Positions 30,887-40,901 of a DNA stretch of 64,000 nucleotides are shown here, piece after piece. The stretch spans positions 332,177 to 396,176 of the forward strand of contig DDXA01000003.1 in the NCBI GenBank assembly GCA_002347725.1. Direction: 5' to 3'. This stretch comes from Actinobacteria bacterium UBA2272 (GTDB taxonomy: Bacteria; Actinomycetota; Coriobacteriia; Anaerosomatales; Anaerosomataceae). Position 1 is the stretch's first letter. Each line of letters starts with the position of its first letter. The notes under the pieces are model-generated. The model ran no database searches and was not told the origin of the DNA. It worked only from the letters and a program-made list of their open reading frames with translations. The position numbers and the translations under genes were made by a program.

Positions 30887-31279
30887 ATGGCCGACGACAT
30901 CATCTCGGTCGCGATCGTCGGGGGAGGGCGCACGGGGGGCCCGCTGCTGGAAGCGCTCCTTGCACTACCGTACCTGCAGGTCATAGGCGTGGCAGACCGC
31001 GACGAGGACAGTCCTGGTGCGGTCATCGCCAGGGAGCGCGGCATCTTCTTCACGCCCGACGCAGACGTGCTTGCCGCCAAGGCCGATGAGATCGACCTGA
31101 TCATCGAGGTGAGTGGTGACCGCTCGGTCAAACCCGCGCTCAAGCAGGCGTTCCGCGCGCAGGGCAACAGCGACACGATCATCGTCCACGACCTCGTCGC
31201 CCGTCTTCTGATGACGCTGGCAACCGGCGGCGACAGGCTCGCGCCGACCCTTCACCCGCACGATACCGGTGTCGGCTAA
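30887..31279 (+). CDS. Hypothetical stand-alone Rossmann-like (NAD-binding-domain-like) protein, 130 aa
   Basis: Trimmed to ATG 30887 behind GAAGGAGG. N-terminal beta-strand plus Gly-rich loop VAIVGGGRTGG, then VIGVADRD, typical of dinucleotide-binding folds. No catalytic domain follows. Confidence 0.6.
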   Translation: MADDIISVAIVGGGRTGGPLLEALLALPYLQVIGVADRDEDSPGAVIARERGIFFTPDADVLAAKADEIDLIIEVSGDRSVKPALKQAFRAQGNSDTIIVHDLVARLLMTLATGGDRLAPTLHPHDTGVG

Positions 31280-31336
31280 CGTCACCCGCCACACATCGCC
31301 GCCTCCAGCCGTGAACGAAACGAACCAGGGAGAACC

Positions 31337-33058
31337 ATGACGGTCGCGCTCAAGATGACCTCGCTGTACGCACCCACACTCAAGGAGGAGCCCGCCGAGG
31401 CCGAGATCGCCTCTCATCGGCTCATGCTCCGTGCCGGTCTCATGCGCAAGGCGGCCGCGGGCATCTACACCTTCCTGCCGATCGGCTATCGCTCGGTACG
31501 CAAGGTGGAGCAGATCGTTCGCGAGGAGATGGACGCCATCGGCAGCCAGGAGGTGCTGATGCCTGTCGTGCAACCGGCCGAGTTATGGCGGGAGTCGGGC
31601 CGCTGGGACGTCTACGGGCCCGAGCTCGCGCGCCTCACCGACCGGCAGGGACGAGAGTTCTGCCTCGGCCCGACACACGAGGAGATCATCACGGCGACCG
31701 TTCGCGACGAGCTCCGCTCGTACCGCGAACTGCCTGTTTCGCTCTATCAGATCCACACCAAGTTCCGCGACGAGATGCGTCCGCGCTTCGGGCTGCTACG
31801 CGGACGAGAGTTCATCATGAAAGACGCGTACTCGTTCCACGACACCCAGGAGTCACTCCAGGAGCACTACGATGCCATGGCCGGCGCGTACGGCCGCATC
31901 TGCGACCGCCTTGGTCTGGCCTGGCGCCCGGTCGTGGCCGACTCCGGCCAGATCGGCGGATCCGTCACGACGGAGTTCATGGCGCTCGCCGAGAGCGGGG
32001 AGGCCGCCCTCGTGTACTGCGGGTGCGGGTGGGCAGCCAACGTCGAGGTGGCCGAGACCATCGTGCGCCGGGGCGGGGGAGCGCCCGTCGCGCTCGAGAA
32101 GGTCTCCACGCCGGACGCGCACACCATCGCCGAGGTGGCCGCGTTCTTCGGCGTCGAGCCAGCCGCCACCGTCAAGACGATGGCCGGCCGATCCGCCGAT
32201 GGCCGTCTCGTCTATCTGTGCGTTCCGGGTGATCGCGAGCTCAACCCCCTGAAGGCCGATCGCGCTTCCGGCGGTCTCAACCTCCTCCAGGAGGAGGAGT
32301 TCGGCTCTCTCGGCATCCCGCGAGGCTCGCTCGGCCCGGTCGGCGTACCCGAAGAGACTCTCGTGATCGCTGACCGCTCCCTTGAGGGCTCGCACGCGTG
32401 GATCGTCGGCGCCAACCAGGACGGATACCATCTCACCGGCGCCGAGCCCGGACGCGACTTCGCGGTCGACGCATGGGCCGACCTGATCGTCGCCGAGCCG
32501 GGCGACGGCTGCCCCGAATGCGGTGGCCAGCTCTCCGCGGCACGCGGCATCGAAGTCTCGCAGGTCTTCCAGCTCGGCACCAAGTACTCCGAGACCATGG
32601 GTGCGACGTTCACCGACGAGTCTGGCGCGGAACACCCGTTCATCATGGGCTGCTACGGCGTGGGCATCACCCGCTCGCTCGCCGCCGTCATCGAGCAGCA
32701 TCACGACGACGCCGGCATCGCATGGCCGATGAGCATCGCTCCGCTCGAGGTCGCGGTCATACCGCTGCAGGTCGGAGACGACCTTGTCTACCCCACGGCC
32801 GAGCGGCTATGGCGGGGACTCACCGAGGCCGGAGTAGAGGCGGTGCTCGACGACCGCGACGAACGAGCCGGCGTCAAGTTCGCCGACGCGGATCTCATCG
32901 GCTGGCCGCTCCAGGTGATCGTCGGAAAGCGAGGGCTCGCAGACGGGGTCGTAGAGCTCAAGGACCGCGCGACCGGGGAGCGGAGCACCGTGCCTGTGGA
33001 CGAGGCAGTCGCCCTGGTCGCGGTACGTGTCGCCGACGAGCGAGAGCGCTACCGCTAG
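31337..33058 (+). CDS. proS: Prolyl-tRNA synthetase (bacterial type with INS editing domain)
   Basis: HRLMLRAGLMRK and FRDEMRPRFGLLRGREFIMKDAYSF class II motifs. 573 aa. Confidence 0.95.
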   Translation: MTVALKMTSLYAPTLKEEPAEAEIASHRLMLRAGLMRKAAAGIYTFLPIGYRSVRKVEQIVREEMDAIGSQEVLMPVVQPAELWRESGRWDVYGPELARLTDRQGREFCLGPTHEEIITATVRDELRSYRELPVSLYQIHTKFRDEMRPRFGLLRGREFIMKDAYSFHDTQESLQEHYDAMAGAYGRICDRLGLAWRPVVADSGQIGGSVTTEFMALAESGEAALVYCGCGWAANVEVAETIVRRGGGAPVALEKVSTPDAHTIAEVAAFFGVEPAATVKTMAGRSADGRLVYLCVPGDRELNPLKADRASGGLNLLQEEEFGSLGIPRGSLGPVGVPEETLVIADRSLEGSHAWIVGANQDGYHLTGAEPGRDFAVDAWADLIVAEPGDGCPECGGQLSAARGIEVSQVFQLGTKYSETMGATFTDESGAEHPFIMGCYGVGITRSLAAVIEQHHDDAGIAWPMSIAPLEVAVIPLQVGDDLVYPTAERLWRGLTEAGVEAVLDDRDERAGVKFADADLIGWPLQVIVGKRGLADGVVELKDRATGERSTVPVDEAVALVAVRVADERERYR

Positions 33059-33098
33059 GCGCCTGCCGCACGAGCGTTTCGACGGCCCTGGCGCCTTT
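33057..33098 (+). terminator. Possible imperfect terminator hairpin at the proS stop, overlapping the rimP promoter -35
   Basis: AGGCGCC (33057-33063) pairs with GGCGCCT (33090-33096). Inner GCCG/CGGC and CGA/TCG pairs. Followed by TTT. Confidence 0.3.
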
Positions 33099-33124
33099 GA
33101 CCGGCCCAGGCGCTGTGCTACAAT
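33097..33124 (+). promoter_or_regulatory. Candidate sigma-70 promoter for rimP-nusA-ylxR-infB operon
   Basis: TTGACC (33097-33102), 16-nt spacer, TACAAT (33119-33124) preceded by an extended -10 TG at 33116-33117. Confidence 0.55.
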
Positions 33125-33195
33125 CTGCCCGAACGACAAACGTCCCGTGAGAAGTGGGCTTACCCCCGCTTCTTTTGTTCTGGAAGGAGGTTCGA

Positions 33196-33690
33196 ATGAG
33201 CACCGCACTGACCGATGAACTGACCGCTCACCTCGAGCCTCTCGCCGCAGAGCACGGACTCGATCTGGTGGCCGTAGAGATCGTCGGCGGTCATCGCTCG
33301 ATGGTGGTGCGCGTCTACCTCGACCGGGAGGGCGGCATCGACATCGAGACGGTCGCTCGGGCCAACAGCTGGGTTGCAGAAGCCCTTGATGGCATGCGGT
33401 CGCTCTCCGGTCCGTACACCCTTGAGGTCTCCTCACCCGGTCTCGATCGCATCCTGCGGACCAGGCGGGACTTTGAGCGTTTCAACGGGCAGTGCGCCGT
33501 ACTCCATACGAGCCGCCCGCTCGACGGCCGTTCGCGCTTCACCGGTGTACTTGCCGGCCTGGAGAGCGACGACGTCGTCATCGTGATCGACGGACAGGAA
33601 CTCCGCGTGCCGCTGGACGTCATCGAGCGTGCGCGGCTGAAGCCTGAGTTCAATGAGAGTGTACTGAGAGGAACGGGAGACCTCATATGA
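33196..33690 (+). CDS. rimP: Ribosome maturation factor RimP
   Basis: Trimmed to ATG 33196 behind GGAAGGAGG. Contains YTLEVSSPGLDR and lies upstream of nusA. Confidence 0.9.
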   Translation: MSTALTDELTAHLEPLAAEHGLDLVAVEIVGGHRSMVVRVYLDREGGIDIETVARANSWVAEALDGMRSLSGPYTLEVSSPGLDRILRTRRDFERFNGQCAVLHTSRPLDGRSRFTGVLAGLESDDVVIVIDGQELRVPLDVIERARLKPEFNESVLRGTGDLI

Positions 33691-34823
33691 GCTCCGACCT
33701 GATGGATGCGCTGCGCGAACTTGCGCGTGAGAAGAACATCGACGAATACGACATGCTCGAGCGCCTCGAGCAGCAGCTCGCGCTCACGTACAAGCGCATG
33801 CTCGACACCGAGAACGACTGCACGGTGACGATCGACCGCGAGAGCGGCCGCATCTACGTGTACGAGCTCGTGCCGGTCGGCGGCACCGAGGAGGAGCCCG
33901 TCCTCGAGGCTAAGGACGTCACGCCCTCGGACATCTCCCGTTTTGCGGCACAGGCTGCCAAGCAGGTCATCACGCAGTCGATCCGCGAGGCCGAGCGCGA
34001 GCAGATCTTCGAGGAGTACGCGGACCGTATCGGCGACAGCATCACCGGTACCGTCCAGCAGTCCGACTCGCGGTATACGCTCGTCAAGATCCGCGAAGGC
34101 GTCGAGGCGCTCCTGCCCTCGGCCGAGCAGCCCGGAAACGAGCGCTACGAGCACAACCAACGTCTCAAGGCGCTCATCATAGATGTGCGCAAGACGTCCA
34201 ACGAGCCGTCTATCGTCGTGTCGCGCACGCACCCCAACCTGCTCAAGCGGCTGTTCGAACTCGAGGTGCCCGAGATCTATGACGGCATCGTCGAGATCAA
34301 GAGCGTCGCGCGCGAGCCGGGTCTCCGCTCCAAGATCGCCGTCTCCTCACGCGAGCCGGGACTCGATCCCGTCGGCGCATGTGTCGGCCCGAAGGGCAGC
34401 CGCGTCCGCATGGTCGTGGCCGAGCTTCGTGGCGAGCGCATCGACGTCATACCGTGGTCGGAGGATCCGGCGACCTTCGTGGGCAACGCGCTCTCACCGG
34501 CCAAGGTGGCCCGCGTCATGGTCTCCGATGACGATCACACGGCGACGGTCATCGTCCCCGACGATCAGCTGTCGCTCGCTATCGGCAAGGAGGGCCAGAA
34601 CGCCCGACTCGCCGCCAAGCTCACGGGCTGGCGCATCGACATCAAGAGCATGGGTCAGGCTCACGCCGCCGGCCTTGCACCCGCGATCGCGGGTGCCGAG
34701 GGCGAGGCCGATGACGGTGACGGACGCTGCGTAGCCGTCACGAGTTCCGGTATCCGGTGCCGCAACCAGGCCCGGCCGGGGAGCCGCTACTGCGGTGTTC
34801 ACGAGAAGGAGGCCGCTGAGTAG
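33687..34823 (+). CDS. nusA: Transcription termination/antitermination factor NusA
   Basis: ATGA overlap with rimP. S1 and KH domains (DPVGACVGPKGSRV, AIGKEGQNARLA). Confidence 0.95.
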   Translation: MSSDLMDALRELAREKNIDEYDMLERLEQQLALTYKRMLDTENDCTVTIDRESGRIYVYELVPVGGTEEEPVLEAKDVTPSDISRFAAQAAKQVITQSIREAEREQIFEEYADRIGDSITGTVQQSDSRYTLVKIREGVEALLPSAEQPGNERYEHNQRLKALIIDVRKTSNEPSIVVSRTHPNLLKRLFELEVPEIYDGIVEIKSVAREPGLRSKIAVSSREPGLDPVGACVGPKGSRVRMVVAELRGERIDVIPWSEDPATFVGNALSPAKVARVMVSDDDHTATVIVPDDQLSLAIGKEGQNARLAAKLTGWRIDIKSMGQAHAAGLAPAIAGAEGEADDGDGRCVAVTSSGIRCRNQARPGSRYCGVHEKEAAE

Positions 34824-34827
34824 CCGT

Positions 34828-35130
34828 ATGAAGGCACGGAAGACGCCGCTGAGAACCTGTGTCGCCTGCGGCCGCGAGACCGACAAGCGTGCGCTCGTGC
34901 GCATCGTCAGAGACGCGGACGGCTACACGCACGTGGATCCCGGCGGCAAGGCCCCCGGAAGAGGGGCGTACCTCTGTGCCCAGTCCGCCTGCTTCGAGGC
35001 GGCGATCGGCCGACGGCGACTCGCACCGGCGCTCCGTGCGAGTCTGGCCGAAGAAGATGTGGAGCGACTGCGGAACGAATTCGAGGCCGCGATCGAAACG
35101 GATCGCGAGTCCTCGCGACTTGGACGGTGA
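34828..35130 (+). CDS. ylxR: YlxR-family (DUF448) RNA-binding protein
   Basis: Trimmed to ATG 34828. Contains PLRTCVACG and GRGAYLC. Sits between nusA and infB. Confidence 0.85.
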   Translation: MKARKTPLRTCVACGRETDKRALVRIVRDADGYTHVDPGGKAPGRGAYLCAQSACFEAAIGRRRLAPALRASLAEEDVERLRNEFEAAIETDRESSRLGR

Positions 35131-35136
35131 CACGCA

Positions 35137-37569
35137 ATGCCTGCTATGCGCGTACATGAACTTGCCAAAGAGTTCGGGATGTCCTCGAAAGAGCTCCTCG
35201 AGCATCTTGCCCGGCTGAAGATCCCCGCCCGCAACCACGCGTCAACGCTGGTTGAGGCGTACGTGGACAAGATCCGCAAGGACCTCGCATCGGTCATCGA
35301 GGAGCGGCAGTCCGAGCTCGAGACCGAGCGTCTCCGCCTCGAGGAGCAGGAGCGCCAGGCCGAAGCAGAGGAACGCGCCCGCCGCGAGTCCGAAGCTGCA
35401 GCGCGCGTCGCACAGGAGGCCGCCAAGGCCGCCGAGGAGGCCGCTGCCCAGGCCGCCGCCGATGCCGAGCGTCTCCGCCTCGAGGAGGAGGAGCGCCAGC
35501 GGGAAGCGGAGGAACGCGCTCGCCGGGAGGCCGAAGAGGCCACCCGTCGGGAGGCGGAGGCTAAGGCCGCCGAGGAGAGTGCGCGCCTCGCCCAGGAGTC
35601 GGCTCGCCTCGAGCAGGAAGAAGCCGACCGCTACCGTCAGATGGCGCGCGACGCCGAGGCGACCCAGGGCCCCGCGGCGGCACCGACGAACCTCATCGCC
35701 GAAGCGGCCAAGATGGCACAGAGCCACGCTGACAAGCGTAAGCGGAAGACCAAGAAGCCATCCGGCCGGCGTGAAGCGGCCGTGCACCCTCATCCCCAGG
35801 TCGAAGAGGCTCCCGTCGTCGCCGGAGACACCGTCACGCTGACTGACGGCGTCACCGTCGCGCAGTTCGCGGACGCCCTGGCCATCACGCCCGGCGAGGT
35901 CATCAAGCGACTCCTCATGCTCGGCGAGCCACACACCGTCAATCAGCCGATGGGCCGGGACGTCATAGACATCCTCTCTGAAGACCTCGGCATCACCATC
36001 GAGGTCGTCTCTCCCGAGGAGGAGCCGGGCTTCGTGTTCCACGACGATCCCACGGACCTCAAGGGCCGACCGCCGGTCGTCACCGTCATGGGACACGTCG
36101 ACCACGGCAAGACATCACTGCTCGACGCCATCCGTGAGACCGGCGTAGCCGAGACCGAAGCCGGTGGCATCACCCAGCACATCGGCGCATCCGTGGTCCA
36201 CAAGGACGGCAAGCAGATCACGTTCATCGACACACCCGGTCACGAAGCGTTCACCGCGATGCGCGCACGCGGCGCTAAGGTCACCGACATCGCGGTCCTC
36301 GTTGTCGCAGCCGATGACGGCGTCATGCCGCAGACGGTAGAGGCGATCCATCACGCCAAGGCGGCAGGCGTGCCGATCATCGTCGCCGTCAACAAGATCG
36401 ACAAGGACGGCGCCAACCCCGAGCAGGTCCGCCAGATGCTGACCGAGCACGAGATCGTCCCCGAGGCGTGGGGCGGCACCAACATCTTCGTCGATGTCTC
36501 GGCCAAGAAGCGCACCGGGATCCAGGACCTCCTCGAGATGATCCTGCTCCAGGCCGAGGTGCTCGAACTCAAGGCCAACCCCGACGCCCTCGCAAGTGGC
36601 GTCGTCATCGAGGCCAAGCTCGACAAGGGCCGGGGTCCGGTAGCCACGGTCCTCGTCCAGCGCGGCACGCTCACGGCCGGGGACGCCATCGTCGCCGGGC
36701 GAAGCCACGGCCGCGTCCGCGCGCTCATCGATCCCAAGGGCACCCCGGTGGATCTCGCGTCACCCGCCGACCCTGTCGAGGTACTCGGCCTCTCGAGCGT
36801 GCCTTCAGCCGGTGACGAGTTCCGCGTGTTCGCCGATGAACGCGACGCACGAGACCTCGCCGAGGACCGCGCGCTCCGCCAGCGGCTGCTCGAGCACGAG
36901 CGCAGATCGCACGTTTCGCTCGACGACCTGTTCACCCGCATCCAGCAAGGCGAGATCCGCGACCTCAACCTCGTGGTCAAGGCCGACGTGCAGGGGTCGA
37001 TCGAGGCACTGCGCGACGCGCTGGACAAGATGGACCAGACCGAGGTTCACATCAACATCATCCACTCCGGCGTGGGTGGTATCACCGAGAGCGACGTCAT
37101 GCTCGCGACCGCCTCTGAGGCGATCATCATCGGCTTCGGCGTGCGCCCGCTTCCCGAGGCTCGCGACCTCGCGGAGCGCGAGAAGGTCGACATGCGCCTG
37201 TATCGCGTCATCTACCAGGCGATCGAGGAGATCAACGCCGCCCGCATCGGCATGCTCGCTCCCACCATCGAAGAGCGCGACACCGCGCGCGTCGAGGTGC
37301 GCGAACTGTTCAAGGTGCCCAAGATCGGGACCATCGCCGGATGCCTGGTGCAGGAGGGCGAGATCACCCGGGACGACCGCGTGCGAATCGTCCGCCATGG
37401 CACCATCGTCCATGACGGCAACCTCCACTCGCTTCGTCGCTTCAAAGACGACGTGAAGTCGGTCAAGGCGGGCTACGAGTGCGGTATCGGCATCGAAGGC
37501 TTCAGCGACATCAAGGTCGGCGACATCATAGAGTCCTACCGCGTGGTCGAAGTCGCGCGGGAGGAGTAG
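35137..37569 (+). CDS. infB: Translation initiation factor IF-2
   Basis: G domain [17 protein letters not shown] and NKID. Charged repetitive N-terminal region. 810 aa; an alternative ATG lies at 35146. Confidence 0.96.
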   Translation: MPAMRVHELAKEFGMSSKELLEHLARLKIPARNHASTLVEAYVDKIRKDLASVIEERQSELETERLRLEEQERQAEAEERARRESEAAARVAQEAAKAAEEAAAQAAADAERLRLEEEERQREAEERARREAEEATRREAEAKAAEESARLAQESARLEQEEADRYRQMARDAEATQGPAAAPTNLIAEAAKMAQSHADKRKRKTKKPSGRREAAVHPHPQVEEAPVVAGDTVTLTDGVTVAQFADALAITPGEVIKRLLMLGEPHTVNQPMGRDVIDILSEDLGITIEVVSPEEEPGFVFHDDPTDLKGRPPVVTVMGHVDHGKTSLLDAIRETGVAETEAGGITQHIGASVVHKDGKQITFIDTPGHEAFTAMRARGAKVTDIAVLVVAADDGVMPQTVEAIHHAKAAGVPIIVAVNKIDKDGANPEQVRQMLTEHEIVPEAWGGTNIFVDVSAKKRTGIQDLLEMILLQAEVLELKANPDALASGVVIEAKLDKGRGPVATVLVQRGTLTAGDAIVAGRSHGRVRALIDPKGTPVDLASPADPVEVLGLSSVPSAGDEFRVFADERDARDLAEDRALRQRLLEHERRSHVSLDDLFTRIQQGEIRDLNLVVKADVQGSIEALRDALDKMDQTEVHINIIHSGVGGITESDVMLATASEAIIIGFGVRPLPEARDLAEREKVDMRLYRVIYQAIEEINAARIGMLAPTIEERDTARVEVRELFKVPKIGTIAGCLVQEGEITRDDRVRIVRHGTIVHDGNLHSLRRFKDDVKSVKAGYECGIGIEGFSDIKVGDIIESYRVVEVAREE
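35326..35536 (+). repeat. In-frame ~70-nt direct duplication inside the infB N-terminal region (offset 141 nt)
   Basis: GAGCGTCTCCGCCTCGAGGAG...GAGGAACGCGC...CCGAAG occurs at 35326 and again at 35467. By eye about 60 of 70 positions are identical. Encodes ERLRLEE(Q/E)[13 protein letters not shown] twice. Confidence 0.6.
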
Positions 37570-37572
37570 GCC

Positions 37573-37938
37573 GTGAAGAGTACACCGCGCACGCGCAAGC
37601 TGGGCGAGAACGTCCGGGAGGCCCTGGCCGACGTGCTTCTGACCGAGGTCCAGGACCCCCGGCTCGAACTGGCAACGATCACATCGGTCCAGGTGAGCGC
37701 GGACCTGCACGTCGCGGACGTCTACGTCACGGCGCACGGTGACCAGGAGCGCTACGACGCGTTGCTCGAGGGTCTTCGCTCTGCCGACAAGCGGCTGCGC
37801 GCAGGCCTCGCCCGGCGCGTCCAGATGCGCTTCATCCCGGAGCTTCGGTACCACCTGGACACGTCCGTCGACGAGGGCATGCGCATCTACGAGGCCCTCA
37901 AGGACGTGCCGCCCGGTCTCGCCGACGACCAGGAGTAG
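37573..37938 (+). CDS. rbfA: Ribosome-binding factor A
   Basis: GTG start. Contains DPRLELATITSVQVSADLHVADVYV and lies directly after infB. Confidence 0.9.
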   Translation: MKSTPRTRKLGENVREALADVLLTEVQDPRLELATITSVQVSADLHVADVYVTAHGDQERYDALLEGLRSADKRLRAGLARRVQMRFIPELRYHLDTSVDEGMRIYEALKDVPPGLADDQE

Positions 37939-37942
37939 CACG

Positions 37943-38914
37943 GTGGCTGACGCCGCCGATCACAGGGCAGTCGCCCGGGTGTTGCGCTCCGCACCCTCGG
38001 TCGTCATCGGCTCACACGTGGATCCGGACGGCGACGCGGTCGGCTCGTGCCTCGGCCTTGCGCGCGCCCTCGATCGAGCGCGCATCCCGTGCGAGGTCGT
38101 GCTCGCGTCGGGCCTTTCCGTGCCGACCACCTACGCGTTCCTGCCCGGAGCCGACCGTTTCCGTGACCCCGCAACCGTCGCTGCGCCTGCTGTGTTCGTG
38201 GCTCTTGATAGTCCCGAACTCCGCCGTCTTGGCGCCGCCGAGGATCTCGCGCGCTCGGCATCCACGATCGTCATGATCGACCACCACCCCGACGCGGTGC
38301 CCGAAGGGCACGTGAACGTCTTCGACAGCACCGCCGCGGCCACCGGCTGCCTGGTGTGGGAGCTTCTGGCCCACTTGGACGTCACGGCGGACGCCGAGAT
38401 CGCATCCTGCCTCTATACGGCGCTGCTGACCGACACGGGCCGATTCAGCTACTCCAACACCACGCCGGACGCGCTGCGCACCGCGGCCGCTATGGTGGAG
38501 GCGGGGGCCGACCCGAGCGGCCTGTTCGTGGCGACGTACGAGAACCGGTCGGCAGCCGCGCAGCGCCTCATCGGCCTCACCCTCGAACGCATCACGCCGG
38601 TCAACGGAGGTCTCGTCGCGTATTCCTGGGTTACCGCCGAAGACTTCGCAAGCACGGGAGCGCTGCCCGAAGAGGCCGAGAACCTCATCGACCACGTACG
38701 TGCGCTTCGAGGAGTCGACGTCGTCTTGCTCGCGAAGACCGACGGTAAGACGGTGAAGGGAAGCCTCCGCGCGAAGACCGACACGGATGTCGGTGCTGTC
38801 GCGCGCAGGTTCGGCGGAGGCGGGCACCGTGCCGCTGCCGGCTTCACCTTCGCCGGCGATCTCGACTCCCTGCTCGCCGAGATGCTGCCTCACCTTCCCG
38901 GGGGCGGGCGGTGA
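37943..38914 (+). CDS. nrnA: DHH/DHHA1 phosphoesterase (NrnA / CnpB-like nanoRNase, pAp or cyclic-dinucleotide phosphodiesterase)
   Basis: ORF 37739 trimmed to GTG 37943. Contains HVDPDGDAVGS, the DHH motif (MIDHHP) and the GGGH motif. Occupies the rbfA-truB slot, as in actinobacteria. Confidence 0.82.
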   Translation: MADAADHRAVARVLRSAPSVVIGSHVDPDGDAVGSCLGLARALDRARIPCEVVLASGLSVPTTYAFLPGADRFRDPATVAAPAVFVALDSPELRRLGAAEDLARSASTIVMIDHHPDAVPEGHVNVFDSTAAATGCLVWELLAHLDVTADAEIASCLYTALLTDTGRFSYSNTTPDALRTAAAMVEAGADPSGLFVATYENRSAAAQRLIGLTLERITPVNGGLVAYSWVTAEDFASTGALPEEAENLIDHVRALRGVDVVLLAKTDGKTVKGSLRAKTDTDVGAVARRFGGGGHRAAAGFTFAGDLDSLLAEMLPHLPGGGR

Positions 38915-39828
38915 TCGCCCGCAGAGGCGCCACGGACCTCGCTGGCGTACTCCTCGTGGACAAACCGGCGGGGCCGACGAGCCACGACGTCGTCGCCACC
39001 TTCAGGCGTGCGACAGGGGAGCGTCGCATCGGCCACGCGGGAACGCTCGACCCCATGGCCACCGGCCTGTTGCTGGTCCTCGTCGGACGCGCAACGCGCC
39101 TCGAGCGCTACCTGTCTGGGCACGACAAGCGCTACGACGCGCGGATCGTGTTCGGCACCGCGACCGACACGCTCGATGCCGACGGCGAGGTCACCGAGAT
39201 GCGGCCCGTCGACGGCGCACTGTTCGACCCCGTGCGTGCCGCCGGGATCCTCGCCTCGTTCGTCGGACCGGCACAGCAGATGCCACCCGCGTACTCGGCC
39301 ATCAAACGCGGCGGGGTCGCCGCTCATCGTCTGGCCAGAGCGGGGAAGGAGCCCGACCTCGAGCCCAGGGACATCGTCGTGCACGAAGCCTCCCTCATCG
39401 CCGTGCATCCCGATGCGCGCGCATGGGACGTGTCCTTCTCGGTCTCAAAAGGCACCTATATCCGCTCGCTCGCCCGTGACGTGGGACTCGCCGCGGGGAC
39501 GGTCGCACACCTCGGCGCGCTCCGTCGCACGGTTGCCGGTGCTGCGGATGTCACGGACGCACACACGATCGATGCTGTCACCGAGGCAGGAACGGCCGGT
39601 CGGCTTCCTGCGCTCTTCACAGACCCCGTGGCCCTCCTCGGTTTCCCGGTAGCCGAGGTTGACCCTGACTCGACCCGTGACGGTCGGCCTCTGCCCGCCG
39701 AGCTCCTGCCGGCCGCCGAGGGCGAAGGCGTCGCGGTGACGGCGGGTGACAGGCTGATCGGCGTCTACCGGCGCACGGGGTCTGTCCTTCGCGCCGAGAC
39801 CGTGCTCGACCCCGGGATAGACCGATGA
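38911..39828 (+). CDS. truB: tRNA pseudouridine55 synthase
   Basis: GHAGTLDPMATGLL catalytic Asp motif. GTGA overlap with nrnA. Confidence 0.93.
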   Translation: MIARRGATDLAGVLLVDKPAGPTSHDVVATFRRATGERRIGHAGTLDPMATGLLLVLVGRATRLERYLSGHDKRYDARIVFGTATDTLDADGEVTEMRPVDGALFDPVRAAGILASFVGPAQQMPPAYSAIKRGGVAAHRLARAGKEPDLEPRDIVVHEASLIAVHPDARAWDVSFSVSKGTYIRSLARDVGLAAGTVAHLGALRRTVAGAADVTDAHTIDAVTEAGTAGRLPALFTDPVALLGFPVAEVDPDSTRDGRPLPAELLPAAEGEGVAVTAGDRLIGVYRRTGSVLRAETVLDPGIDR

Positions 39829-40772
39829 CGGTCGTCATCCGACACGAGCCCGGCGTGCACGACGTGGGGGCGGCGGCCATCGCCCTCGGAGTGTTCGACG
39901 GCGTCCATCTTGGCCACCAGGCGCTCATCACAGAGGCGATCGCCCAGGCTCGCCGCAGAGGCGTGGCCTCGTGCGTCCTCACGTTCGACCGCGATCCCGA
40001 CCAGGTCGTCACCCCTGAACGCGCGGCACCACAACTCACCACGCTCGACGACAAGCTCGACCTCATCGCCTCACTCGGACCGGACGCGATACTCGTCGTG
40101 CCGTTCGACCGCGCCCTGGCGGCGCTCTCTCCCGAGGCCTTCCTCGATGACGTCGTGCTCGACGCCTGCCGACCGGTCGTGTGCGTGGTTGGCCGGGACT
40201 TCCGTTTCGGTCACGGTGCCGAGGGCAGCGTCGACTCACTCGCCACGCTCGGCGGACGGCACGGCTTCGACGTCGTGGCCTACGATCTCGTCGTTGCCGA
40301 GGGAGAGCCCGTCACTTCGAGCCGCGTCCGCACACTCGTTGGTGGTGGCGACGTCGCAACGGCGGCGCTGCTGCTCGGCCGTCCGCACCGCCTGCACGGC
40401 ACTGTCGTCCGCGGTCGCGGCCTTGGACGCACGCTCGGGACGCCCACGGCCAACCTCGACGTCGACGCACGCTTCGCGCTTCCCGCACCGGGCGTCTACG
40501 CTGCCCGGGCCACCGTCCCGACAGGTCGCTTCACAGCGGCGGTCTCCGTGGGCGTGCCGCCGACGTTCCCGGATGCCACGTGCGAACTCGAAGCAATGCT
40601 CGTCGGCTTCGACGGAGACCTGTACGGTGCCGAGATCATGCTCGAGTTCGTCGAGCGTCTTCGCGACCAGCGTGCCTTCCCGGACACCGGATCGCTTGCC
40701 CGGGCGATCGGCCGGGACGCACGGCGTGCCGCCGCACTTCTCGATGCCGTTGCGGAGCCCGACACACCCTGA
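39825..40772 (+). CDS. ribF: Bifunctional riboflavin kinase / FAD synthetase
   Basis: ALGVFDGVHLGHQAL, and PTANL in the kinase domain. ATGA overlap with truB. Confidence 0.92.
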   Translation: MTVVIRHEPGVHDVGAAAIALGVFDGVHLGHQALITEAIAQARRRGVASCVLTFDRDPDQVVTPERAAPQLTTLDDKLDLIASLGPDAILVVPFDRALAALSPEAFLDDVVLDACRPVVCVVGRDFRFGHGAEGSVDSLATLGGRHGFDVVAYDLVVAEGEPVTSSRVRTLVGGGDVATAALLLGRPHRLHGTVVRGRGLGRTLGTPTANLDVDARFALPAPGVYAARATVPTGRFTAAVSVGVPPTFPDATCELEAMLVGFDGDLYGAEIMLEFVERLRDQRAFPDTGSLARAIGRDARRAAALLDAVAEPDTP

Positions 40773-40901
40773 GCCCGAGACGTCCCCGTTGAACGCGTGT
40801 GCTATACTTCGCTGGTTGTCCTGATGACCTGTCTCCTGGACCGGCGACTCACCGACGCCACTCTCGGAGGCAGGCGACTTCTCAAGAAAGGTGAACCGAA
40901 T

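Noticed and set aside
31280-31336. Possible T-box leader upstream of proS.
   Set aside because: The spacer is only 57 nt, far too short for a T-box. There is no specifier or antiterminator architecture.
35280-35760. Repeat-rich stretch that might suggest a CRISPR or tandem-repeat locus.
   Set aside because: It lies in frame within infB and encodes the charged N-terminal region. There are only two diverged copies and no spacer/repeat periodicity.
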